In this document: piece after piece, positions 1 to 11,139 of the stretch
How positions within the stretch are numbered: the stretch's first letter is position 1
Layout of the letters: each line of letters starts with the position of its first letter
NCBI GenBank assembly: GCA_028534125.1
Contig: CM052816.1
Location: forward strand, 42,162,001 to 42,226,000
DNA length: 64,000 nt
DNA from: Lama glama
Lineage: Eukaryota
Direction of reading: 5' to 3'
Program-made: the position numbers and the translations under genes
The notes under the pieces: model-generated
Told to the model about the DNA's origin: nothing
What the model saw: only the letters and a program-made list of their open reading frames with translations
The model's database searches: none

Positions 1-705
1 AATTTCTTGAGTGGTAGGGGTGAGAGGAGCATCTTTTGTTATTCACAATGATCCCCTTTCAACCATACCTGTGTTTATGCTAATAAGATGGCCACCAGAG
101 GTATCAACACTGTGATTAGACCTGGAACTTTCAGCCCCATCCCCTGATCTTCTGAGAGCGGACTGAGGGTGGAGGTTGATTTAATCACCGGTGAGCAGTG
201 ATTTGATCAATGATGGCTATGTAATAAGCTTCCATAAAAATCCTAACCAGAGGGGCTTAGAGAACCTCTGGGTTGGTAGGCACATGGAGATGCTGGGAAG
301 GTGTGTACCTGGAGAGGGCGTGGAAGCTCCATCCTCTTTCTCTCACACTGCACCTTGTGCATTTCTTGCATCTAGCTATTCCTGAGTTGTATCCTGCTTA
401 TAGTAAACTGCTTATATAGTAAATAGTTTTCATGACTCCTGTTAGCTGTTCTAGCAAATTATCAAACCTGATGAGGGGGACACAGGAACCCCTGATTTAT
501 AGCTGAAGTAATGGGGGAGTGTAGTCTTTGGGGACTGAGCCCTTAATCTGTGCGGTCTATGCTAACTCCAGATAGTGTCACAATTGAATTGTAGGACACC
601 TAACTGGTGTCCAGAAAGTTAGAAAATTGGTTCATGTGGGAAAAACTCCCACACATCTGGGGTCAGAAGTGTTGAAAGTAGAGGAGAAAAAAAGAGTTTC
701 GTTCT
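1..705 (+). mobile_element. ERV LTR, MER21-like (truncated by window start)
   Basis: Diagnostic segments ggaactttcagcccca, gcttccataaaaatccta, gggactgagcccttaatctgtg, gatagtgtcacaattgaattgtaggacacc and cccacacatctggggtcagaagtg resemble the recalled MER21B/C consensus. Confidence 0.8.
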
Positions 706-1367
706 TTTACCATCTTGTATATTGGTCCTCTGTATAGACTCTTGATATTTCTTACCTAAACTATCACTTTTCTTTTGCCTCCACTCTCTTCCTTTCCCCA
801 CCAACTTCCACAGGCAGCAAGAGCTATCCTACTTAAGCTCAGAAAGGAGTTTTGTGGCACCTTATTGCTCACAGAGCCCCTAAGCACACTCTCCTCTCAA
901 TAACTTGAAGCCAATCTACTTTTCATTCTTTATTTTTGAAAGCACTTCCTCAGGTTTAATGAAGTATACAAGTGACAATAGTGAAAAATTCTCGGCTGCA
1001 AATATGTCCTTATTTTGAAAGATAGAGGTATGTCTACTTTTCCACCCTTCTCCATCAATTTATGTGCCTCTCTGACCCAAATGGTCTTGAAACTCATGAT
1101 ACCATGAGGCTACCTGACAGAAATAGAGGACAAAAATATCTGTAGCCAATTCTTGATGAACAGTTACATATGCTACATTTAAAAACAAAAAGTAGATCAC
1201 TTAAAAATTATAGCTAAACATTCAATCATGTCAGAGGTCAAGGATGGAGAGAGGAAATGATCTCATATTTAGTTATAATCACAGCAAAAATGGTATATAT
1301 TAATGCCCAAACATGAATTTATCCTGAAAAACAATGTCTCAGTTTATATATAAAATAGATTTTAAAA

Positions 1368-1536
1368 AATTTCTTCTGTATAGCACAGGGAACCATGTTC
1401 ATTATCTTGTAGTAATCTACAATGAGAAGAATATCAAAACAAATATATGTACGTACATGTATGACTGAAATATTATGGGCTACCCCAGAAGTTGGCACAT
1501 TGTAACTGACTATACTTCAATTAAAAAAAAAAAAAA
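1368..1536 (+). mobile_element. 5'-truncated L1 3' end (cetartiodactyl/camelid type)
   Basis: ctgtatagcacagggaac...ctgactatacttcaatt followed by poly(A). Confidence 0.85.
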
Positions 1537-1887
1537 GCAATACCTCAGTTTAGACTTGAGCAACCAATAAACTTCAGTTCCTAGTAAGATGTACTTTAAT
1601 TCAGTTTTACAAATCATCCCAATTGGCTTGCCTTGGCTAAGGAGGAGTTTATACTGATGAGTAGAAAAGAATGGTGCCTTTGTTGATTGAAAAAAAAAAA
1701 AAAACAAACAGGAGACCAGAAAAAAGAATTACAGCAGAGTATTTGTTTGTTTGTACAATGCTGTTTTCTTCTCCCCTACTTCATCCCTGCTCTAATCCTT
1801 GCTCCCAAACCCTTCACTTTACTTTCTAGAAACCCCAGCTCTACGATAAACTCCATATCCTCAACTTATCTTCTCTCTTCTTTCTGC

Positions 1888-1947
1888 CCCTAACTAACCC
1901 TAACTTCCTCTAACCTAATCTCTAACCTTCCTCTAACTAAGCCTAAC
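1888..1947 (+). repeat. Degenerate (C)CTAAC-rich low-complexity repeat
   Basis: ccctaactaaccctaacttcctctaacctaatctctaaccttcctctaactaagcctaac. Confidence 0.6.
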
Positions 1948-2360
1948 ACCATTTTCCTTTTAGTAGAAGTTGCATATTTTCTAATTTTCCAAGTTCCCCA
2001 GCGTTGGAAGTGGATCCATGTTTCACACAAGTATTTTCCACCCTCTGCCAACCCTGGCCCTACGGAGCTGCATGGTATCTAACATCGCCACTCTCAGTCC
2101 TTCTCACTGCAGCTGTCATCTGCCCAGCTTTCGCACACTAGCAGAGCTTTCTTTCTGACGCTGTCCACCATCCAAACCTCTACTTCTTCTGACCCATTAA
2201 CTCTCTTCAAATGACCTTAACTCCTACTCAGGGAGAATAAGCCATCAGATTGGAATCATATGACCTCAACTTCCCACCACCAAATCCCTAAATTATCTCA
2301 TCCTCCTCCCTCCTATTTCAATGTGGAGATTGCTTCTTACCATCAAAAGCAATCCTTCCA

Positions 2361-2471
2361 GGGGGAAGGATATAGTTCAGCAGCAGAGCGCAGGCCTAGC
2401 AAGCCTGAGGTCCTGGGTTCAATCCCCAGTACCTCCATTAAATAAACAAACCTAATCATCCGTGCTCCTCC
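2361..2471 (+). mobile_element. tRNA-Ala-derived SINE (camelid Vic-1-like)
   Basis: tRNA-like head with B box gggttcaatcccc; perfect 15-bp TSD aaagcaatccttcca at 2346-2360 and 2472-2486. Confidence 0.9.
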
Positions 2472-3095
2472 AAAGCAATCCTTCCATCCAGGCTTAGATT
2501 CTCCTGCTCCAGATTTTTCTTCTCAAAAATTATGCACCAAGGAAGCTCAGTCTCAATTACTCTCCCCCTGTCCCCACTTTTCCCCTCTCCATCTGTCTCC
2601 AAGCTCTTTCCCACTAGCATTTAGCCATACTCATGTCTCCCTAAATTAAAAAAAAAAATCAAATACAGAATAAAACCCTCCTTAACCCCATAGCCCTTTC
2701 CATCCATCATCCTATTTCCTTCCTTCCTCTGTTAATTTTTTTTTTTTCAATTTGGCTCCAATTTCTTCACTCCCACTCTTCATTCTAAATCTGGTTCCCA
2801 CGCCAATTGTCCCACTGTCATTGCTCTTGCCAAAGTCATCACTGTCCCATGATATTACATCCACTGAATGTATTTGATTTCTCAGCTTACTTCATGACTC
2901 AGCATCTGCCAATTCAAGGGAATAACCCCTTTTTCATAAAACACTACCTGGGCACCATCCCTTTTCCTGTCTCATTTGTTGGCAGTCCCTTCTCATTAAC
3001 CATTGAATACTGAGGTCTTGGGAGGAGGGGTTCTGTCTGGAGTCCTTGCTCTTCTCCCTTTACCCTCTCTCCACATCATCCACTCCTATGGGCTT

Positions 3096-3801
3096 TGTAG
3101 GAGATACCACTGGTGGTCTGCAGTCCCCTCGAATCACCATTACCAGTCTGTGTGCCACTCCCCTGGTTTCGATCTGCTTTTGCATTCAAAGGCGCCCCCA
3201 GAGGGCTCTCCTTGGTTCTCTGGAGATGGTCCTTATGCATTTCTGGGATGATTTCTAGGACCTTGGTGTTAAAAAAAAAAAAAAAAAAGCAAAGCTGGTT
3301 CACATTAAATGAGAGGAAGATGCCAGAGTAGCCTCAGCAGAGTTCTGAGGAGGAGATCTAAAGGCCCAGAGATGTGGGCATGCTAGAATTGTTCTGTTAC
3401 ATAATACCTGAGAGCCCATGCAATGATGGATGAGGAAAAACCCCAGGCCTGGCTCACAGCTGGATCAGCTTGGTAGTTGGTACAAACTAAAAATATATTG
3501 CTGCTGGTCTCCAACATACTGCATAACCCAGACGTGCTGTCCTGATAGTGACTGGAACAGCCTCTTGAAGGGACAACTAAGGTTACAGCTTGGAGAGAAC
3601 ACCCAGTGAGGCTGGGGTGCTGCTTTCAGGAGGTAGCATATACCTTATGCCAGTCAGTGGTCATTATGTGTTGTTCTGTCTCCAGTACGTACAATGTATG
3701 AATTCCAGGAGCCAGGGTGGAATTCAAGTCTACCCACCTCATTCCCAGAGACCACTTATCACTTGGGAAATTTGTGCTCGTGGGGAACCTGACCTAAGAC
3801 A
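3096..3801 (+). mobile_element. Collapsed ERVL provirus (LTR16-like ends with ERV3-16A3-like internal fragments)
   Basis: Starts TG (tgtaggagatacc), ends CA (gaacctgacctaagaca), 5-bp TSD ggctt at 3091-3095 and 3802-3806. Internal remnants translate to EEKPQAWLTAGSA (3432, RNase H-like) and WNSLLKGQLRLQLGENTQ*GWGA (3553, integrase-like). Confidence 0.75.
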
Positions 3802-4216
3802 GGCTTTAATTACCACCCCTATGATGACAAATGCAAACTGACCCACAACTGTCTTATGAGCTCCAAATTTGAATATGGAACCACCAATCTGATATTCAAA
3901 TTAGAAACCACACAGGCACCTGAAAACTAGTACGTCCAGAACTGAGCTTGGCATCTCTCCCTTCTGGCAGTGTATCATTTTAAGTGAATAGTACTGGCAT
4001 CTCCTCTGGAGCTCAAGCCTGAAATCTGGAGCCTTCTTTAAAATCTCTCATTCCTTTATCCACTATATCCAAGTGATTATCAAGTTTTGCTGATTCCATC
4101 TTCTAAGTATCACTCCTATTTTCCAAGACGAAGGACACTAGCACTTCTCTTTAACCCTACCGTGACCACCCAAGTTCAAACTGCATCATTTTTTAGCTGG
4201 ACCATTGCAATAGCTA

Positions 4217-4730
4217 CATGGTGGCAGCCTCTCAAGTGATCCCCAGTGATCCCCACCTTCTGGTATTCCCCCTGTTGTGCAATCCTCTGTCCTTTCACTT
4301 CTCTAAATAGAACACAGACAACATGATGGGCTGTCACTTCTGAGAGGGTTACAAAAAGACTCTGGCTTTCATTTTCTTCTCTCTCTCACTGGCTTATTCT
4401 GCCATGCTGGGAGCTGCCCTGTGGAGAGACCCATACGGCACAGAACTGAGGGAAGCTTCTAGCAACCGCTACGAGGAACTGAAGCCCCCAGTCCAACAGT
4501 CCCTGAGGCGCTGAGTCTGGCCAACAGCCACGTGCCTGAGCATGGACGGGGCTCGTCCTCTGTTGAGCTACAGATGTGACAGCAGTTTAGGCTGACACCT
4601 GGGTCACAGCCTCAGGAGGCCAAACCAGTGACACAGGCAAGCTTCCCCTGACCCACACCAACTATGACACAGTGTTTGTTGTAAGCCAAGTTTTGGAGAG
4701 ATTTGTGATGCAGTACCATGTTAAATAGAG
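4217..4730 (+). mobile_element. MaLR LTR, MLT1F-like
   Basis: gatccccaccttctggtattc, gctgccctgtggagagaccca, cagtccaacag, ctggccaacagccacgtg, taagccaagttttggag. Confidence 0.8.
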
Positions 4731-4800
4731 TCGCCTTACTGGTCTCTTCCCACAGTCAATCTCCCCACAGAAGCCAGTCTTATTTTAAAAGTGAAAATGT

Positions 4801-4923
4801 GGAGTGGGGGAGGGTGTAGCTCAGTGGTAGAGCATATGTTCAGTATGCATGAGGTCCTCCATTAAATATCCAGTACCTCCATTAAAAAAAAACTGAGGAA
4901 AAAAAAAAGTGCCCACTTAAAAA
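4801..4923 (+). mobile_element. tRNA-Ala-derived SINE (Vic-1-like), B box disrupted
   Basis: ggggagggtgtagctcagtggtagagc head; TSD aaaagtgaaaat at 4787-4798 and 4924-4935. Confidence 0.85.
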
Positions 4924-5043
4924 AAAAGTGAAAATATGACTCTGTCACTTTCTATTTAAACCCTTATTTCCTATCGCTGTTGGAATCAAGTCCCAAATCC
5001 TTACTCTGGACGTCAAGGTCTCCACAGCCTGGCTCTGGCTGCC

Positions 5044-5376
5044 TTTTTTTTTTTTTTTTCCGCAATTGAAGTATAGTCAGTTTTCAATGTTGTGTCAATT
5101 TCTGATGTACAGCATGTTTCAGTCATACATGTACAAACATATATTCCTTTTCATATTCTTTTTCACCGTAAGTTACTAAAAGACATTGAATATAGTTCCC
5201 TGTGCTATACAGTGGAAACTTGTTTCCTATTTTATACTTAGTAGTTAGTATCTGCAAATCTCAAACTCCCAATTTCTCTCTTTCCCCTGTCTTCCCCCTG
5301 GTAACTGTAAGTTTGCCTTCTATGTCTATGAGTCTGTCTCTGTTTTGTAAACAAGTTCATTTGTGTTTTTTTTTTT
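5044..5376 (-). mobile_element. L1 3' end
   Basis: Poly(T), ttgaagtatagtcagtt, gttccctgtgctatacag, ctgcaaatctcaaactccc. Confidence 0.85.
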
Positions 5377-6619
5377 CCTGGCCGTCTTTTGAGTCTCATC
5401 TCACATCACTTCCTTCTCCAACCCTGATCCCATCCCACAGGTCTTCTTCCAGGTTTGGGGTTATTGCTTTTTGTCTTTAATGCACCACTTTCCTTCCTCG
5501 CTCACACACACCATTCCCTCTGCCTCCAACATGCACCCCCACACCCTGCACCTGCTCACTGCTCCCCTGCTTTTATATCCCTTCTGACAAAGAGTAGGCT
5601 CTACAGATTCCAGCCCAGACCAAGCTGAATGTGCCCGCTACACACTCCCATAACTCAGCACACTAACGTGACAAGGGTCATTTGTCATGATTTGTTCAGT
5701 ATGCCTTTCCTGCCATTCTGTACACCCCCCAAGGGCAGAGATGGTAACCTTTGTTCACATCTTTCTTACCATGTGCCAGGGCTGGCACATAGTAACAATC
5801 TTATCAATCGTCCATAAAAAAAGGGGATAAATGTGCAAAATGAATGATAAAAATATCTTCTTGCATTATAAAATATGGTCAATTATTTCAGATCACTTTA
5901 AAAATTAGGAAGCACACCAAAAGACATCCAATGCTTTATGTGCCAAATGTTTGAGACCCAGTTGTTCATGTGAAAATCTTTACAACCTATGACATGAAAA
6001 GCAGTGTTAGTTACTCAGATTTTAGATATTCAGGTGCATTTATTTGTCTAAGGAGTCTTTCTCTCAATATTTATTGAATGTCTGCTCAGTGATAGGGAAT
6101 ACTCTAAGCTCAGAACATCAAAGATAATAACGAAGTTTCTTGCCTGGGTGGATGGTGGTGCTGTTAACTGAGATGGGAAAGATGAGAGGACAGATTATGG
6201 TAAATGTGAAAACACTTTAAATAAATTAAAAGCATTATAAAAGCCTACATTGTTAATCACTATTTTTTTTTACTTCTGTTTTGGGGCCAACATAATTATT
6301 TACCAAACTGGAAGAAAATTTGAATTGCAACAATACCAGAAGATCAGAGATGTAGGTGTAGCTGGTTAGCTAAATGGCCTTGGACAAACTCCTTTCTTTC
6401 TCTTGGCCTCAAATGCTCATTTATGAAACAAATTCTAAATTTCATATAAAATCTCTTCTGGCTTAAAAATGTTATCATTGTTTCAGCATTAACTCTACAA
6501 ATGCATGAACATTCTCTGAGTGCAGGACTCTAGATTCTATATGTGTATTCAATTTTCATGAGAGTTGGAAGGATTTTGAAGAGAATAATTACACAATTAC
6601 ACAATTGCAAATACAGAAC

Positions 6620-7455
6620 ATCCTTGACCTAGCAACTCCACCCCTAGGTGCTTTCAACTGCAATGCCTAGCAAGTTATAGGACACATTTTTGTGTGTATC
6701 TAAGTAGCAAAATGAAACTTGGCATCATCTACTTATGGGGAGCTTCCTTGTGCAGTCCTGTAAAGCACATGGTTGTTGCTTTAAAAGCAAGTATGAAGGG
6801 GGTGGTGGGTATAGTTTAGTGGTAGGGTGCAATCTCCAGTGCTTCTGTTAGGGGAAAAAAAATTAAAAAAAAAAACAAACAAACTGCGGAAAAGAAAAAA
6901 AAAAAAGCCTGTTGTGTATTAACACTATTTTGAAACTAAATGATATTTTAACTCATACCTCGACCCATGAGAAATAAAACCTTTGTTTCACAGAAAATCT
7001 GTATGTAAATGTTTATCATAGTTTTACTCATAATCACCAAAAACCAGAAACAGCCCAAGTGGCCTTCAACTGGTAAACTGATAAACAGACTGTGGTACAC
7101 CCACATTATGGAATACTAGCCAGCAATTAAAACAACAAAACAACAAATTATCGCAACATGGATAAATCTCAAATGCATTCTGGCAAGTGACAGCGTATAG
7201 ACTCAAAGGTTATATATCATGTAATTCCATTTACATAATGTCTGGAAAAGGCACAACTATGGGGACAGTGAACAGAGCAGTAGTTGCCAAAGGGTCCGTA
7301 TGGAGGGAGAGGTTGACTACAAAGATGAAGCAAAAAGGAATACTTGGGGGTGATAGAATTTTACCTCATTGTAGTAGTTCTACACAACTCGATTCATTTG
7401 TTAAAACTCATAGAATTATTCAGCAAAAGGAGTGAATTTTACTGTATGTAGTCTT
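6620..7455 (+). mobile_element. Old L1 (L1MC/MD-like) 3' region, interrupted at 6649-6960
   Basis: gacctagcaactccacccctaggt ... acccatgagaaataaaac, atggaatactag, atggataaatctcaaatgcatt, ttgttaaaactcatagaa, gtgaattttactgtatg. Confidence 0.8.
6798..6885 (+). mobile_element. Internally deleted tRNA-derived SINE (Vic-1-like)
   Basis: gggtatagtttagtggtagggtgc joined directly to aatctccagtgcttc, then an A-rich tail. Confidence 0.7.
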
Positions 7456-9060
7456 TTTTTTAATTATGGGGAAAATATAGCATGTCCCAAGACATCATAG
7501 CATGTACTTGTACTGAGTTAGGAGTGGTGGAGAAAGGGCATATCAAAGAACAATGATCATGAAACCCAACGCTAAGTCAAAAGCCCCAAATAGCCCAGAA
7601 TCAATGTACAATCTCACTCACCCCCATCGCCCCCTTTCCTGGCAGATTGGCATCAATAAAATAGTGCAGTCTAGGAAATAATCCAAGAGGTGTATTAAGC
7701 AAGCATAGATAATGGACTCTTCAGTTTAAGAATGTCTTCTAGGGAAAGGAAAATTAATATAACTCAAGAAGTAGTTGAAATTTGCTGAAACCATGAGGGC
7801 CAGTGAGACTGGGAAGATTCACTGTTAGACACCATTTCCTACGGCAGTAGCAGAATGATTAAATCTGAAAGGGAGACATCAAAATTCTAAACTGGAAAAG
7901 AAAGTGATGTGCAAGATACAAACCGAATTTCATTTCCCTACCCACCCTCATGCCCATAAGCACATCACGCTGTCACAGAGCAAAACTGAAGGCAAGACCT
8001 CAACCCAGCCATGGATGTTGAAATGCTGACCCCTTGTGTCTATGAGATATTAAATCATGTGATTCCACGCTTAACCACTTGATCTGGTTTTTCAGCTGTT
8101 TGTGGAAATATGAAAGAACAAATATAAATAAATTTCAAACATAACTCAGCCTAGAAAATTGTGTTCAACATACAAAATGTATGACACCTCTGCCTCTTGG
8201 CACTTCAGCGTACCTGTCATCCGCTTTCCGGTATTAGTCATCAGTATTCCATTTCTCCCAGGAAGAATACAATCATCAAAAGCAAATGAAACCAGCATCT
8301 CCCCAACAAACCAAAACAAAAATAAATGAGGACAGAAAGGAAAAGGAGAATATGTTTAATTTCGCCTTAGTTCATAGTCCAATTGTTAAGAAATTAACTG
8401 TCCCCTACCTGATTCTCATTCATTCTAATCTGAATTCGTTTCATGACATATGAGCCACTTCATGCTTTCATAGTTAATATGTGATTTGCTTCTTACACCA
8501 TTTGATTGCTATCTTGTTTGGCCTTGGAGGAGTAATGAGATTAATAGTCAAAAAACCTAACTATTAGCTCGTGAGAAAAAATTCTTATTGGGAGAAGTTT
8601 TCAAATGCTGTATTTGCTCATACATTCATCAACACATTTTAGTACTAACCATATGCCAAGCTGTATAAGAATAATCCATCTCAGCATGCCCTTCCCTCGT
8701 AAGCAACTGCCTCACCGACAGAAACTGCCTATGTGAGTCTTCTTTATTGCTTTAGGGCTTTTTGTAGTGTCCTTTAATATTGTCCTTGGCTGGTCTCCCA
8801 ATCCACCCAAAACGTGGGTCTGTCTTAAAAGTTACCACCCTGAAATGGCAGGGCTACTAGTTCTATCAAGGCCACAATGGTAAATGTAAAATGATATCCA
8901 AGTAGGAGTTTCAATCCAAGTCCTTCAGTCATCAATACATACTGATGCACATACACACTGAGCAGGGGTTCATCTAGGTGCTGGGATGACTGATCAAATC
9001 TAAAGCATCACATTTGTACATCATACCACTGTTTCCTGAACCATTAAGAAAAGTAATGTT

Positions 9061-9174
9061 GGGGGCTGGATACAGCTCATGGATAGAGCGCATGCTTAGC
9101 ATGCACGAGGTCCTGGGTTCAATCTCCAGCACTTTCATTAAGAATATAATAATAATAATTAAAAATTTTAAAAA
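9061..9174 (+). mobile_element. tRNA-Ala-derived SINE (Vic-1-like)
   Basis: gagcgcatgcttagcatgcacgaggtcctgggttcaatc; 16-bp TSD aagaaaagtaatgttg at 9046-9061 and 9175-9190. Confidence 0.9.
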
Positions 9175-10104
9175 AAGAAAAGTAATGTTGATTAAACTGT
9201 GCTGCAGTGCCTAAAATGATCATCCTATGGCTTTAAAATTTACTTCATGTATTCTCAGGGATTTGGCAATTTCTTCTGCTTTCAACACCAAGTTATGGCC
9301 ATACTTTTGTGTGTACCTCAGTAGCAAAACAAAACTCAGCTTCATCTATTTATGGGTAGCCTCTTTGTATAGGCCTTGTGAAGTTCACAGGTGATGCTTT
9401 AAAAGGAAATATGGAAACGCAAAAAAGAGCCTGTTACATATTAACATCATTATTTTGGAACTAAAGAGTATTTTAACTCCTTCCACTCTAAAAAATTAGA
9501 AAGCACCTAATTCAGAACATAGACTAGAACTTTAAATTGAAAACATTTAAAACAGCTTCATTTAAAAAAAATCCAATTGTCCTTACCTTCTTATTTTGCC
9601 ATGGATACTTAAGGAATTCACTTTGGCCAGGTGCCAGTACCGTGAGGACCATCTGGGGAACTGCAATCTTGAGCTGATCTCTTCACTTTTTTTTTCCTTA
9701 CGTATTTCCCTAAAGAAATTTTTTAAATCTATGGATGCCTTATTTTTCAGGTGAGAGGAACATTTTCACCGTCATTTAAATGAGTGTGTTCTAAATGTTA
9801 CTATTTTAAGCTAAAACTCTAATATCATAGCTCTTTTTGAAAAAACGGAATTACTATCATCCTTCTAGTGGCAAAATATTTGCGTCAGTACCAAATACAA
9901 GCCCCACTGCCCTAGTCCCACGCTTTTCTTTGTACATAGTAATGTTCTGTTTCAACGCTCAGTCACAAGTCTCCTCATTTCAAAGACATTTTAAATAGCA
10001 ATGAAATCACTCGTGCCGAGCCCAAAATTCAAATAACTCGTGAAGCAGTGGTAACATGAACAACTCCGACTGGATTTGCAGCATGACCAACAAAGCCTGG
10101 GAAA

Positions 10105-10168
10105 CACATGCCAATTTCAGAGATGTAAAAATGTGGGAAACGGGCACCTTAGGACTCAGGAAATATGG
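10105..10168 (-). mobile_element. Tc2-type DNA transposon fragment (MER104/Kanga-like)
   Basis: atttcagagatgtaaaaatgtgggaaa...cttaggactcaggaaatatgg resembles the recalled terminus. Confidence 0.5.
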
Positions 10169-10386
10169 CTGGGTAACCTCAGTGCGAGGGAGACGTGTGG
10201 GCAGACAGGAGGAAAGAGCTGAGCTGCTCTAGCGTGAGAGAGAGAGAATTAAATTCTACCGTATTTATGAAATTAGCTGCCTTTCCATTTTAGAATTACG
10301 CTCCATCCCTTAAGGAGTGTCCCCACATACCTCAAATATGGGCGGGCAGGTAGGAGACTTCTGACCACAACAGCGTCTTCCCTGGA

Positions 10387-10571
10387 CTGTGGTTCTCCAA
10401 GCGGGATTCCCAGACCAGCAGCCTCAGCTTCACCTGCGTACTTGTTCTAAATAGTTTCTCGGGCCCAACACAGACTTGCTGCATCAGAAAATTTGGGGGT
10501 GGGCCCAGCACGCAATGGTTTAACAAGCCCTCCAGGTGATTTCCATACAAGCTAAAGTTTGAGAATCACTG
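10387..10571. mobile_element. MER5A-like hAT-Charlie MITE
   Basis: Terminal inverted repeats ctgtggttctcc ... tttgagaatcactg; internal gaccagcagcctcagc and tttaacaagccctccaggtgatt. Confidence 0.85.
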
Positions 10572-11139
10572 CCTTAGAGGAACTCCAAACCAAACGTTGA
10601 AAGGCAAATTAAGTGATTCTATTTATTTCCTTTGTTTTCCCATTTGTTTATAAAGTCTTAAAGTCCAGTCTCTTCTCAGGTGTCCTCAGGGGAAGGAAGG
10701 AGGCTACGTTCCTGTTTCAACCGGTAGTTTCAGGACACACCTGGAGGCCATCGTGGTGGCAGCAGCCCCAGTTAGAATCCCCAAGGGGAAGAAGACTTTG
10801 GGAGATTAAGTCATAGGTTCAGCCTGGTCTCATGTGAAGAATTGTACTCAACCATCCCTAGTTGTTAAACTTAGGGCGTTTGGTTGGTTGGTTTTACTAT
10901 CTCGTTTTCTAAGGTGGAGGTGATTTGGAATTGGGAGACAGTATTACCACCACTAAATCCCATTGTGAGAGAGTTCTTCCCTTTTCAGTTTCCTTCCACG
11001 CCTCATTTTATCAAGTCAAAGTCTCCATTTAGTACCTTTAACTCTTTACCAAAAAAAGAGAGAAAGCCTTAGGCTTGGTGCCTTGGCACTTTCCAGTTTC
11101 TAGCTGGAATTCAGTCATATTTTCTTGTTTTCATCTGTC

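Larger units (their letters stand above)
2170..5830 (+). mobile_element. Long L2 fossil fragmented by later insertions (two SINEs, ERVL, MLT1, L1)
   Basis: Pyrimidine-rich L2-like blocks (gagaataagccatcag, catccactcctatgggctt|taattaccacc, aagtcccaaatccttact, ggctggcacatagtaacaatc) resume colinearly on both sides of each insertion. Confidence 0.7.

Noticed and set aside
1888..1947. Interstitial telomeric repeat
   Set aside because: Only two exact CCCTAA units; better described as degenerate low-complexity sequence.
9061..9137. Apparent tRNA-Ala(AGC) genes (also at 2361, 4801, 13771, 38824)
   Set aside because: Mismatched stems, A-rich tails and flanking TSDs identify them as SINE copies, not functional tRNAs.
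9335..9452. Minus-strand C/D-box snoRNA (ATGATG...CTGA) in the duplicated segment
   Set aside because: The C box is not preserved in the second copy, and I see no terminal stem or recognisable guide.
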